Source of the DNA: Candidatus Poribacteria bacterium
GTDB taxonomy: Bacteria > Poribacteria > WGA-4E > WGA-3G
Direction: 5' to 3'
DNA length: 64,000 nucleotides
Assembly: GCA_965242965.1 (NCBI GenBank)
Contig: OZ251518.1
Coordinates: forward strand, 5,024,001 to 5,088,000
Shown here: positions 41,411 through 51,077 of the stretch, one piece after another
Position numbering within the stretch: position 1 is the first letter of the stretch
Layout: every line of letters starts with the position of its first letter
The notes under the pieces: model-generated
Database searches by the model: none
The model's input: the letters and a program-made list of their open reading frames with translations, nothing else
What the model was told of the DNA's origin: nothing
Made by a program: the position numbers and the translations under genes

Positions 41411-42926
41411 GCACGCGAGAGAAACTGTCGACGTATGCGTTATCGGTTCAGGAGCGGGCGGCGCGGTTATCGCCAAAGAGCTCGCCGAAGCTGGACTCTC
41501 TGTCGTCATTTTAGAGGCAGGCGAGCATCATGAACCGAGCACCTTCACCGAATATGAACCCGACATGTTGCCCCGCCTTTTCTGGGATAGCGGCTTGCGT
41601 CGGACGCGCGACGGTGCCATCGTTATCTCGCAAGGCAGAGGTGTCGGTGGTTCGACGGTGCATAATCTCTGTTACGCAGTGAGGCCGCCGCAGCCATTAT
41701 TGGACAGATGGGGACTTCCGGATATATCCAACGCTTTCGCGCGCGTGGAGCAAACGCTTAACGTTAGGCAGATTCAAGAATCCGAAGTGAACCGCCTTAA
41801 CGCTGTCATCCGGCGCGGTTGCGAGGCGATGGAATGGCGCGGCACTGTGCAACGGCATAATCGCGGCGCGTGCACTGCGTGCGGCGCGAGGTGTCTTTTC
41901 GGATGTCCGAATTCCAAAACAGGCATCGGCAAGCAAAGCATGGCTGTCACCTATATCCCGTTGGCACTTGCGGCTGGCGCGCGCCTCTATAGCAACTGCC
42001 TCGCGGAGACGGTGCTAGTTGAAAACGATAAAGCCGTTGGCGTTTCTGCGAACTTGCTTTCAGGACGACTGACTATCCAAAGCAAGGCGGTTGTTTTGTC
42101 CGCCGGCGCGATTAATTCGCCGCAACTCTGGTTAAAAAGCCGCTTGCCGAATCCAAACCGACAGGTTGGACAAAACCTGCATCTGCATCCAGCGGTGTTT
42201 GTCGGCGGCATTTTTGATGAGATTATTGATGGCCACCTCGGCATCCCGCAAAGTTATTATATTCATGAGTTTCTGGATTTGGGGGACACCTCGGGCGTTG
42301 GGAAAACGGGTGCATATAGAAATCCCCCCGGACAATCCACACCAAAACTAGACAGCGGATACCTGCTTATGCCGGCGTTTGGCTCACAGTTGATAGTCGC
42401 AGCGAGTCTACCGGGGTTTGGCAAAAGCCATCGCGAATTGATGGAACGCTACCGCCACATCGCCGCGCTCCTCGTGCTTTTGCATGACACGACATCGGGA
42501 CGCGTATCCCTCAATCGTGATGGCACGCCGCGCATCGCGTATCGCTTGAATCGCGAGGATAAAGCGGTATTGGTTGAAGGCGCAATCAACGCCGCGCGAC
42601 TGCTACTCGCCGCAGGGGCAACGGAAATCTTGATGCCTTACACCCAACATGTCCGCATTAAAACGGAGGCAGACTTGGCGGATATCCATCGGCGCGGTAT
42701 CGTGCCAAACGATGTGATGCTGGCTTCGAGTCATCCGCAAAGCACCCTCCGCATGGGCGAAGACGCGGCGACTTCTGTCGTCACTTTTTCTGGAGAAGCG
42801 CGCGCCGTCCGGAACCTCTTCGTCGCCGATGCGAGTCTGTTTCCGGCTTCAATTGGCGTGCCACCGATGCTGACTATCGCCGCTTTGGCAGATTATGTCG
42901 CGCATCAGATTGTCAGAAAATTGTAA
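41397..42926 (+). CDS. GMC-family FAD oxidoreductase
   Basis: VIGSGAGG, GRGVGGSTVHN, C..CG.RC..GC, VGQNLHLHP, LFVADAS.FP...GV.PMLTI. GTG start at 41397 inferred. Confidence 0.9.
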   Translation: MNKNRHARETVDVCVIGSGAGGAVIAKELAEAGLSVVILEAGEHHEPSTFTEYEPDMLPRLFWDSGLRRTRDGAIVISQGRGVGGSTVHNLCYAVRPPQPLLDRWGLPDISNAFARVEQTLNVRQIQESEVNRLNAVIRRGCEAMEWRGTVQRHNRGACTACGARCLFGCPNSKTGIGKQSMAVTYIPLALAAGARLYSNCLAETVLVENDKAVGVSANLLSGRLTIQSKAVVLSAGAINSPQLWLKSRLPNPNRQVGQNLHLHPAVFVGGIFDEIIDGHLGIPQSYYIHEFLDLGDTSGVGKTGAYRNPPGQSTPKLDSGYLLMPAFGSQLIVAASLPGFGKSHRELMERYRHIAALLVLLHDTTSGRVSLNRDGTPRIAYRLNREDKAVLVEGAINAARLLLAAGATEILMPYTQHVRIKTEADLADIHRRGIVPNDVMLASSHPQSTLRMGEDAATSVVTFSGEARAVRNLFVADASLFPASIGVPPMLTIAALADYVAHQIVRKL

Positions 42927-42948
42927 ACTCACTTGCAGCATGAGTGAA

Positions 42949-42981
42949 CGTAGTCATTGACAATGTCAATGACGGCTTAAG
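42949..42981 (+). repeat. Left half of a family F repeat; right half at 43614-43676
   Basis: GTAGTCATTGACAATGTCAATGACGGCTTA, continuing after the insertion as CTTACGTAAA...CCGAACGCCATGCGAACAACAAAAA. Confidence 0.8.
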
Positions 42982-43613
42982 TGAGGGTGTTTCATAAATC
43001 GCTCAACGTCGCGAGGACAAGTCCCCGCGCTATTGCCGGTAGGAGAGACCTCCTGGTCTCGATGCAATACCGTAGGAGAGCCCTCCCGATCTCAATTTCT
43101 TCCCGGTAGGAGAGCCCTTGGGTTTCGATGTTCCCGTAGCGCGGGGGCCCTCGGATGCCATACGCGCATCCGAGCGGGTTTCCCTCGCGTTGTCCATCGT
43201 CAAGATGCCGTCTTAGGTCCTTTAAGTCCTACATGTCTATAGATACACGTGTCGGGCCATTTTCAAGGTCCTTTAGGTCCTTAATAAAAACCGCGCGGCC
43301 CTGGCAAAATCTATTAAGGACCTAAAGGACCTTAGTGTTCTTCGCGTTCGCGCGGGCTATAGACATTCAGGTCCTACGGACCTGAAGAGAACAAGAGACG
43401 TTTTTTCCGTAGCGCGTGTGGAAACCTGCGAGGGCCCTCGCCCTACGATGAAGGGGCTTTTTGCCGCCGCGGTCCCGGTAGGCGCGCCGCCCTATTACAT
43501 TGAGACCGGGAAGTCTCTCCTACCTCATCGAGACCAGGAGGTCTCTCCTACGGGGGCATCGCTGGCATTGAGACAGGGAGGGCTTTCCTATACAGATTTA
43601 TGAAACACCCTTG
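42982..43613. mobile_element. MITE-like TIR-bounded REP container nested in a family F repeat
   Basis: CTTAAG|TGAGGGTGTTTCATAAATC...GATTTATGAAACACCCTTG|CTTACG. Confidence 0.85.
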
Positions 43614-43632
43614 CTTACGTAAAAAAGCATCA

Positions 43633-44691
43633 TTGCCTCCAAAACTCTATCCGAACGCCATGCGAACAACAAAAAATTCACTTCCACACCACTCTCTCGG
43701 CAACTTTCCTACCCCGGTGCATCGTCTTCGCAACCTTGGGCGTGCCATCGGCATTGACTCACTCTGGATAAAACGCGATGACTTGAGCGGCAGGCTAGGC
43801 GGCGGGAACAAGGTGCGAAAATTGGAATATCTCTTTGCGGACGCGAAGCAGAAAAATTACCAAACCCTCTTTACTCTCGGCCCCACCGGTTCAAACCACG
43901 TTCGTGCGACGGTGGTTTATGGCAAAGCGGCAGGTTTCCGCGTAGAGTGCCTCCTTTTCCGCCAGCCGCGCACTGAATATTCTGATATGAACTACCAAAC
44001 GATTTATGAACACGCGGCGCAGGTATCCGAGGTCAGACGCATGAGCACCTTGTTTGCCTATTATGCATACCAAAAGACGAGGCACGCCTTTGGCAGCGGA
44101 CCGGAACGTTATTTCATCGCCGCGGGCGGTTCGTCGCCGCTCGGTTCTGTGGGATACGTGACAGCGGTTATGGAACTCAAATCGCAGATTGATGCGGGCA
44201 TTTTACCCGAACCGCGGTTTATCTTCGTGCCTGTCGGCACTTGCGGCACGATGGCGGGGTTGATGGCAGGTGTGCGGCTTGCAGGGTTGCGAAGTCAAGT
44301 CGTCGGTATCCGCGTCTCCGATTGGATAATCGCGAATCCATGGGCGGTTTCCCGAATGGAACGGCGTATCCTGCGTCTCCTCGGCGCGACAGATGGTGGA
44401 TTTATGAACCCGCGTCCTGTTGAGCTCTGGCATCACGATTTCGGCAAAGGCTACGCTGTCCCGACAGAAGCAGGCACGCGCGCCGTAGAAATGATGATGG
44501 AATACGAGGGTATCCTCCTTGAAAATACCTATACCGGCAAGACGTTAGCGGGGTTGATGCACTATGTCAAGGCGCGGGATTGCGAAGAGGAGCCGATGCT
44601 GTTTTGGCATACGTATGGAGCCAATCAAACGGATTCCAGCAAAATTACTCATCAACAGCATACCCCTCCCCAATCGCCTCATTCACCGTAA
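43633..44691 (+). CDS. PLP-dependent D-cysteine desulfhydrase/ACC deaminase family protein (start 43633 TTG or 43660 ATG)
   Basis: FPTPV, WIKRDDL, GGNKVRKLEYL, GSNH, GTCGT.AGL, YTGK. Confidence 0.9.
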   Translation: MPPKLYPNAMRTTKNSLPHHSLGNFPTPVHRLRNLGRAIGIDSLWIKRDDLSGRLGGGNKVRKLEYLFADAKQKNYQTLFTLGPTGSNHVRATVVYGKAAGFRVECLLFRQPRTEYSDMNYQTIYEHAAQVSEVRRMSTLFAYYAYQKTRHAFGSGPERYFIAAGGSSPLGSVGYVTAVMELKSQIDAGILPEPRFIFVPVGTCGTMAGLMAGVRLAGLRSQVVGIRVSDWIIANPWAVSRMERRILRLLGATDGGFMNPRPVELWHHDFGKGYAVPTEAGTRAVEMMMEYEGILLENTYTGKTLAGLMHYVKARDCEEEPMLFWHTYGANQTDSSKITHQQHTPPQSPHSP

Positions 44692-47296
44692 CCCGCCAAT
44701 TGTTTTCAAACAGCATCCGAAACGACATCGCCGCATCATTCGGACCGGCGGCGTTCATCGTGCCATACGAACTCGAATTTCGATACGCCGCCTCTAACGT
44801 ATCGATCAAACTTTGCTTGTAAGTCGTGTCGCTGTTGCCCACAAGTTGCTGTCCTTTCGTCTCGAAAATGAGCAACCGGCGCGGCTGATTTTTCTGTCCC
44901 TGCAGACAGGCGACGAAATCGGGATAGACCCGGTCGCGCCGCCAACCCTGCAGGAAATATCCCTGCTTCGCGGCGATACGATGCCACCACTGAATCGCCG
45001 ACTTTTCATCAAGATAGAGCGCGAAATCTTTCTCCAAATTGTTGAATTCCGCCTCAAAAACCGGCTCAAATAGGTTGAGTTGCAACGCATCCCCATGCAG
45101 ACGCGTCAAAGGACTTGCCCCCTGAGACAGGTTAACCTCCAGCGTTTTCTCTAATTCGTAGTTCAGCGCGACATCTGTCTCAAGCCGAAACTGAATTGTG
45201 TTAGCCGCCAATTTCTCACGGAAGATGTCCTCAGACAACTGCTCAATGCGTTCGCGCAAGCGGAGTTTCAACACCTCCGAAAGATAAAGCCGATTCTGAA
45301 ACAGCACCTCTTCGGTTGTGCCTTGCTCGCGATAGCGGTTGAGCGTTGCTTTGACGATGCGCGCCGATTGCCACGGGTTCGGCACGACATCCGCTAAACG
45401 CCGCACGAAAAAGGCGAGCTCCAAACCTGCATCGGCACCCTCTTGCCGTGCTTTTTCAATCACCGCCTCGTCTTGCAAATGGATAGTGGCACGAATCTCC
45501 TGAAAGAGTGCCGGCGATTCCAAATCCACCGGCTCCACCGCATCGAGTTGGTGCCAGGCAATCGCGCTTAAAATATCGCGTTCATAATCGAGGGCTCGCC
45601 AGCCGCGGCCTTCCTTATGCAACACGCGCGGGAGAAAAATGTCCACCTCACGGTATTCTCGCCTGCGTTGAAGCGTTTTCTGAACACGCACCGTCACAGG
45701 ACTCTCAACGTAATCGGCAAGTCCGGTTAACCCCTCCGCCTCTAATCCCTTCTTGACGTTGCCGACAGCATCGCCGACTTTTTGGTTGAAGCAGTAGATA
45801 TAGCAACTGTCCAATTTCGCGATGTTTGTGGCGCGGGCGTGCGGTTGCCGCATCACTCTCCCGATGAGTTGCGTCATCGCTGTCTTCGCAGTGGTGTTAT
45901 CCAAAAGTGCCAATAGGTAGGCAAAAGGGCAATCCCATCCCTCCTTCAGCGCATCTTTCGTGATAATGTAGCGAACGGGGCAAAACGGACTCCCCAAGTC
46001 AAATCCAGTGAGCTCGTCTTGTTCTGACGATTTCACTTTGATTTGCTCGGCTGGCACCCCGAGGGCGTTCATCAGTTCGTCGCGCGCATCTTCCGCATGC
46101 ACCCGAATGCCATCGCGCTGGTTTTTGCCTGTCCTATCTACGCGAATTACCGCGATAGGACGAATATAACGGGCATCGGTTGTCTGAAATTGCCTTGCCG
46201 TTTCCTCAAGTGCATCGCGCTCCGCCTTCGCCTGCGCAAGCGTATACTTCCAATCCGAATCCGGGAAATTCCGAAGATGGATGGGGAGTTTTATCATCTC
46301 CTCTTCCTTGAGCGCGACACCGGAAACGTTGACGAGGATGTTGCTGATGCCGAGCTGCGGCGTGGCAGAAAGCTCCAACACAAAACGCGGATTCAGGCGA
46401 TTTACAGCCGCCACGAACTGTTGATTGTTCTCCGCGTTCCTGCTGCCGTATGCCTTGTGCGCTTCGTCCAAAATTACCGTCGGACGAAGGAGTTTCAGCA
46501 CATTGAAGAGACTCTGTTTAATCAGTCTATCGGCGCGATTAACAGCGAGGATGCCGCGAAGTTGATGCGGATATCCGGAAGTTTGAGACACGGAGGGCTC
46601 TCCTACCGTCTCCAAATCTGGCTGTTTTTCGGATAGGGCTTGATGTTCCCGAAGAGCATCCTCGATTGGGAAAAAGGAGGCATAGCCGCTGCTATCACGG
46701 AACATTTTGAGGAATTCCTTGTTCCGATTTCGGTTCGTCGCGGGCAGCATGAGGAGCATGACACAGAGGTAGTCCTCAACGTCTTGCTTCGTGAACCTAT
46801 CATCTTTCTGAAGCAGTTTGACGCGCCCACCCGATGCCCTGTCGAGGCTCTGCCGATACGGATGCTCGCGGTCCCGAAAAGCATCCCACGTCTGCGTATA
46901 GATGGCTTTCGTCGGCACGAGCCACAGCAGGAACCCTTTGCCGAGTTTGAGGCGACGCACGGCTTCCACGCCGAGCAGCGTCTTCCCACCACCTGTCGGC
47001 ACTTTGAGACAGACGTGCGGAATCGGTTCACCAGACGCGGTTTCGCGCGGAATGTATCCGGGCACCTGGTCAGCGACACCCGGCAATATCCCTTTCCCAC
47101 GTAGGGCTTCCCACGCGATGCGCGGGTAATCCGTCGCTTGTTCAGCTGCAGTCGCGGCTGCCTCTCTTAAGACAGCGGGAAGTTCTTCAACGTTAACGGA
47201 GGCGAGTTCGTCTGCTTTTTTGCGCGCGTCGCTCAGTGCGGCTAAATAGCGTTCCAGTGTGTCTAATGCTTGTTGTTGATAGTCTTTGAGTTCCAT
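44645..47296 (-). CDS. res: Type III restriction subunit Res (SF2 helicase + PD-(D/E)xK nuclease)
   Basis: VPTGGGKT, ILDEAH, ELSATP, ALKEGWDCP, QLIGRVMR, YPDFV...IFETKG. Confidence 0.88.
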   Translation of the reverse strand: MELKDYQQQALDTLERYLAALSDARKKADELASVNVEELPAVLREAAATAAEQATDYPRIAWEALRGKGILPGVADQVPGYIPRETASGEPIPHVCLKVPTGGGKTLLGVEAVRRLKLGKGFLLWLVPTKAIYTQTWDAFRDREHPYRQSLDRASGGRVKLLQKDDRFTKQDVEDYLCVMLLMLPATNRNRNKEFLKMFRDSSGYASFFPIEDALREHQALSEKQPDLETVGEPSVSQTSGYPHQLRGILAVNRADRLIKQSLFNVLKLLRPTVILDEAHKAYGSRNAENNQQFVAAVNRLNPRFVLELSATPQLGISNILVNVSGVALKEEEMIKLPIHLRNFPDSDWKYTLAQAKAERDALEETARQFQTTDARYIRPIAVIRVDRTGKNQRDGIRVHAEDARDELMNALGVPAEQIKVKSSEQDELTGFDLGSPFCPVRYIITKDALKEGWDCPFAYLLALLDNTTAKTAMTQLIGRVMRQPHARATNIAKLDSCYIYCFNQKVGDAVGNVKKGLEAEGLTGLADYVESPVTVRVQKTLQRRREYREVDIFLPRVLHKEGRGWRALDYERDILSAIAWHQLDAVEPVDLESPALFQEIRATIHLQDEAVIEKARQEGADAGLELAFFVRRLADVVPNPWQSARIVKATLNRYREQGTTEEVLFQNRLYLSEVLKLRLRERIEQLSEDIFREKLAANTIQFRLETDVALNYELEKTLEVNLSQGASPLTRLHGDALQLNLFEPVFEAEFNNLEKDFALYLDEKSAIQWWHRIAAKQGYFLQGWRRDRVYPDFVACLQGQKNQPRRLLIFETKGQQLVGNSDTTYKQSLIDTLEAAYRNSSSYGTMNAAGPNDAAMSFRMLFENNWRVTVNEAIGEGYAVDE

Positions 47297-47319
47297 AGCT
47301 TGTTCCTCGCGTGCTGGCC

Positions 47320-47722
47320 CGCGTGCGCGTAGCGCGAGGGCCTGTCCCTCGCGATCGTTGTGTTAACCAAGCCCTGTCCGCGTGCGCGTAGCGCGAGGGC
47401 CTGTCCCTCGCGATCCTGGCATGGCGGGGGACAGGCCCCCGCCCTACGTTAATAGAAACCTATCCGTCTATCCGTAGCGCGAGGGCCTGTCCCTCGCGAT
47501 CCTGGCGTTAACCGCGTCCTATCCGCGTGCCCGTAGCGCGAGGGCCTGGCCCTCGCGATCGTTGCATGGCGGGGGACAGGCCCCCGCCCTACGGTAATAA
47601 AAACCTGTCCGTTTATCCGTAGCGCGAGGGCCTGTCCCTCGCGATCGTGGTGTTAACCGCGCCCTGTCCGCGTGCCCGTAGCGCGAGGGCCTGTCCCTCG
47701 CGATCCGTGGCGTTAACCGAGA
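47320..47722. repeat. Tandem REP-like array between mod and res
   Basis: Six CGTAGCGCGAGGGCCTG(T/G)CCCTCGCGATC copies plus two inverted GGCGGGGGACAGGCCCCCGCCCTACG; alternating ~59/87-bp spacing. Confidence 0.9.
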
Positions 47723-47726
47723 CACG

Positions 47727-49490
47727 TTATTCATCCATCACAGGATAGATGTTGTAAGGCAATTGACAAAACGTAATCCCCATCGCCGTCAAATCCTTCT
47801 GACTCATGAACTTATGCGCGGCCCAAACGTATGCCTTCTTCCCATCCTTCTTGCACTGCGCCGCAATCCGCGCCGCCCGATGTCCATCTAACGCCGCGGC
47901 GTTGCTCTCTAAAAAGGCGAGATTCGGTTCATAGATGAGATAGAACCGGTGGGCATCGGTTTCGCCGAAAAGATAGTCATCATGCAGCGCGATACCCTCA
48001 AGCGAACTGCCCGTTGCGATGTAGGCGATATAGTTCGCCAAGGTCTCGTAAGCCGGTAAGGTTTCACCCGAGAGCATGCCTTCCTCGTCAATGGGCTCGC
48101 CAAGTTCGCAGTAGGTAAATGAGCCACCGAGGCCCTGCCGCAGGATTGCCTCTCTCGCAGTCGGCACGCCGTTGATGACGCGTCGGATGCGTTCCGCGGT
48201 GATGTCATCGGCGTAGTCTTCGCACTCAATGAGGATGAACTTGCGATTGCCGCCATCTGCTTTGTTAAGAGCAAGAACAGCATGCGCCGTAGTGCCACTG
48301 CCAGCAAAAGAGTCAAGGACGATGTCGTTAGGACCGGTTACTGCCTCAAAGAGCGGCTTTAACACCTCTTCGTCTTTCGGAAAAGGGAAAGGCTTGCCGA
48401 GTAGAGAACGTAATCGCTTTGTCGCAGCGCGTCCATCTCTGTAGAAAACGCTGTAAGGTATTTCGTATTCAGATTCTTTCAGGTAAACTTTAACGGTTAA
48501 CACAGACGTTTCATCAGGTCCAAACCGAATCCGATTGTCAGCAATGAGTGCGTTCATTCGCTGTTCCGTATAAACCCAACCGCGCGAAGGAACAACGCAC
48601 GCCTTGCCTGTCACCGGATGGAGGACTGGATACCGTGCGCCGTTACCTCCCGGTGCAGAGGCATTAGATGCATGATAAGGTCCACGAATATCCACATGGC
48701 AGTAATGTCTATGCCGCTTGGCTGGATGGTTATCGGGGAGCCCCTTAAACCATTCTGCCAATTCGGCTTCAATTTTCGCAAAGTCTTGTCCATGTTTCCG
48801 TTGGAGTGCGGCGTGTTTTTTGTAGATGTCGTCCAATCCCTGTTTTCGGACGCGCCACGTAGTTCCCGATTGATTCAGGAATTCGTGGTTTTTGAGGTAG
48901 CACAGGATGTAGTCGTGCGAATTGGAGAAGAGTTTTGCGTTGTTTTTGCGTCCGGCCGCCCAGACAAACTGCCCGACGAAATTGCCGGCGGGAAACATCC
49001 GCTGCGCGTCGAAAATCTCATCCATGATAGCGCGAAGGAGATGCACCTCATTGTCATCAATAGAGATAAACATCACGCCATCCTCGGCGAGTAGCTCGCG
49101 TAAGAGATGCAGGCGCGGCCACATCATGCACAACCACTTGTCATGACGTTCTAAGTCTTCAACGTCAATAGGGCTGTTTGTCGTCAACCACCGCTGCATG
49201 AGTGGGCTGTTGACGTTATCGTTGTAAACCCAGCCTTCGTTGCCTGTGTTGTAAGGCGGATCGATGTAGATGCACCTGATTTTGCCGGCGTATTTTGGGA
49301 GGAGTGCCTTGAGTGCGTGCAGATTATCGCCGTGGATGATAAGATTATCCTCCAATAAAGGCGATCTGACCCCCCCTTCATAATGTGCATTTTGAAGAGA
49401 TTTGGCGGCATCTATCTCCAACGTGCGGCAAGGCACGGTGAGGTGATGAGAATAGATAAATTGCTTGCCTTTGAAATCGAGTGTAGGCAT
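47727..49490 (-). CDS. mod: Type III modification methyltransferase Mod
   Basis: IIHGDNL.ALK, IYIDPPYNTG, FISIDDNE, FPFPK, VLDSFAGSGTTAHAV. Confidence 0.93.
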   Translation of the reverse strand: MPTLDFKGKQFIYSHHLTVPCRTLEIDAAKSLQNAHYEGGVRSPLLEDNLIIHGDNLHALKALLPKYAGKIRCIYIDPPYNTGNEGWVYNDNVNSPLMQRWLTTNSPIDVEDLERHDKWLCMMWPRLHLLRELLAEDGVMFISIDDNEVHLLRAIMDEIFDAQRMFPAGNFVGQFVWAAGRKNNAKLFSNSHDYILCYLKNHEFLNQSGTTWRVRKQGLDDIYKKHAALQRKHGQDFAKIEAELAEWFKGLPDNHPAKRHRHYCHVDIRGPYHASNASAPGGNGARYPVLHPVTGKACVVPSRGWVYTEQRMNALIADNRIRFGPDETSVLTVKVYLKESEYEIPYSVFYRDGRAATKRLRSLLGKPFPFPKDEEVLKPLFEAVTGPNDIVLDSFAGSGTTAHAVLALNKADGGNRKFILIECEDYADDITAERIRRVINGVPTAREAILRQGLGGSFTYCELGEPIDEEGMLSGETLPAYETLANYIAYIATGSSLEGIALHDDYLFGETDAHRFYLIYEPNLAFLESNAAALDGHRAARIAAQCKKDGKKAYVWAAHKFMSQKDLTAMGITFCQLPYNIYPVMDE

Positions 49491-49547
49491 GCGGTTTTCC
49501 TGATGTTGTCCTCGCTGTTATCCGCAACAGCGAGGACAGGTTGGAAG

Positions 49548-50111
49548 TTATACGGTGTTTTGGTTCTCGCGCGCTTTGTCGAGATTGATGGGGAGGCCGG
49601 CATTCTTCATTTCCCGCCCTAGTTTCGTCTGCCATCCATTGGCAGTGTCCATTGGCACATAGACTAGGCCGTGGATATCTGATGGCCGTTCAACACCTTC
49701 TTTGTATAGCACGCAAATTCGCTCGCTCCCTAGTTTGCTCAAAAAATAGCCGAGTTCAAAGATAACGTGTTGAGAGGCTCGGGGTTTGTGTTCCTCCACC
49801 GCTTCATTTTTCGAGGCACCGATGTCGTCGGGGGTTAGCAAGACAACGGCAAACCCTACATCGGTTGAGATTTCCTCAAACGCTTCAAAGATGGATTGCC
49901 CGTCGCTAGGTTGTTCGTGAAAGCTGACAGATCTCAATCCTAATTCGTCAACGAACCGTTTGACAGTTGTTTTCGTTTCATCGTCACGTCCATGCACGAT
50001 GAACACCGCGTCGACGGAGGCACGCTCCGGTTTTTTGGGAGATACCGTTTTGCCACGCACAAATGGTGGATTTAGGCGATGAGTCTCCACAACGTGATTC
50101 TTCGCGTTCAT
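49548..50111 (-). CDS. Stand-alone TIR-like nucleotide-binding protein (CAP12/Pycsar-type TIR)
   Basis: VFIVHGRD, FAVVLLTPDDIG, RASQHVIFELGYF, PSDIHG..Y. Confidence 0.85.
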   Translation of the reverse strand: MNAKNHVVETHRLNPPFVRGKTVSPKKPERASVDAVFIVHGRDDETKTTVKRFVDELGLRSVSFHEQPSDGQSIFEAFEEISTDVGFAVVLLTPDDIGASKNEAVEEHKPRASQHVIFELGYFLSKLGSERICVLYKEGVERPSDIHGLVYVPMDTANGWQTKLGREMKNAGLPINLDKARENQNTV

Positions 50112-50204
50112 AAGTTTTCTCCATTCCCGCCCTGATGCATCGATGCATCGCGGAAGTGCCGAGTGACAATCGCCACTGAAAAGATAAAGTTAAATACTGA
50201 ACCA

Positions 50205-50234
50205 ATTATAGCATTAATCCACAAATGAAGTCAA
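50205..50234 (-). promoter_or_regulatory. sigma70-like promoter upstream of TIR-mod-res
   Basis: TTGACT-18bp-TATAAT. Confidence 0.55.
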
Positions 50235-50342
50235 ATTCTATCCGAAAATCCAGAACGATTCAGTTATCCCCTCGCTATAGGTTGCGCTCGCCCATCGCAA
50301 CCGGGTCAAGAGTGTTTTGGCAATCGTGCCAGAACTTCAGAA

Positions 50343-50795
50343 CTATAAAAGTCTGTTGAGATCAACAGATAGTCCTGCCCGGTTCATCTCTCGTGCCAAC
50401 TTGATTTGCCATCCACTGAATTCATCCATTGGGACATAGACTACGCCGTGGATATCCGAGGGGAGTTCAACGCTCTCTTTGTGGAGGACACAGACTTTCT
50501 CTGGGAGTTCCGATAAGAAATAGCCGAGTTCCAAGACAACGTTTTGGCGAGCCCTTGGTCTTTGTTCTGCCGGTTTATCTTTTCGCGAGCCAATATCGTC
50601 GGGCGTTAGCAAAACAATGGCAAAACAGGCCTCGGATGCGTGTAGTTTAAACTTATCAATGATCGTTCGTCCTTCGCTTGGCTGCTCGTCAAGGACGATT
50701 GGTTCTAAGTTTAAACCAACTTTATCCAGAAAAATAACGACAGCGAGTTTTGCCGCTTCGTCATGCCCATGCACGATAAACACTTTTTCATTCAT
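50343..50795 (-). CDS. Stand-alone TIR-like nucleotide-binding protein (second copy)
   Basis: VFIVHGHD, FAIVLLTPDDIG, RARQNVVLELGYF, LPSDIHGVVY. Confidence 0.88.
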   Translation of the reverse strand: MNEKVFIVHGHDEAAKLAVVIFLDKVGLNLEPIVLDEQPSEGRTIIDKFKLHASEACFAIVLLTPDDIGSRKDKPAEQRPRARQNVVLELGYFLSELPEKVCVLHKESVELPSDIHGVVYVPMDEFSGWQIKLAREMNRAGLSVDLNRLL

Positions 50796-51055
50796 TAGCG
50801 TTCCTCAATTAATGCTGTATCCTCTTTGCGGGGGCGCGTGTTGGCGATTTGGATCGGGACTTCCTGATACCCAGTTTCCGCATCTCGGATAGCTTCTTCT
50901 CGATTGGATTCTATTGTTTCGCGAAGCGTGATTTCCAGCGTCTCCAGCAAAGCATCACGAGTGCATTCCTGGCAATTGACACCGGGAATCTCTTGTATCC
51001 AACCGAGCCACCATCCATCACTCTGTTGGATAACGGCTGTGTAAGTTTGGGACAT
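50795..51055 (-). CDS. HicB-like antitoxin
   Basis: YTAVIQQSDGWWLGWIQEIPGVNCQE.TR..LLE.L; AAGGAG RBS. Confidence 0.8.
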   Translation of the reverse strand: MSQTYTAVIQQSDGWWLGWIQEIPGVNCQECTRDALLETLEITLRETIESNREEAIRDAETGYQEVPIQIANTRPRKEDTALIEER

Positions 51056-51077
51056 TTCTTGCTCCTTTTCGACGTGC

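Noticed and set aside
47320-47722. CRISPR-like regular array of 29-bp repeats
   Set aside because: Spacers resemble one another, the repeat is dispersed across the window in both orientations, and there are no cas genes; the same applies to 51078-51325 and 63305-63610.
47727-49490. Phase-variable mod (phasevarion)
   Set aside because: No simple-sequence repeat tract was seen in the gene.
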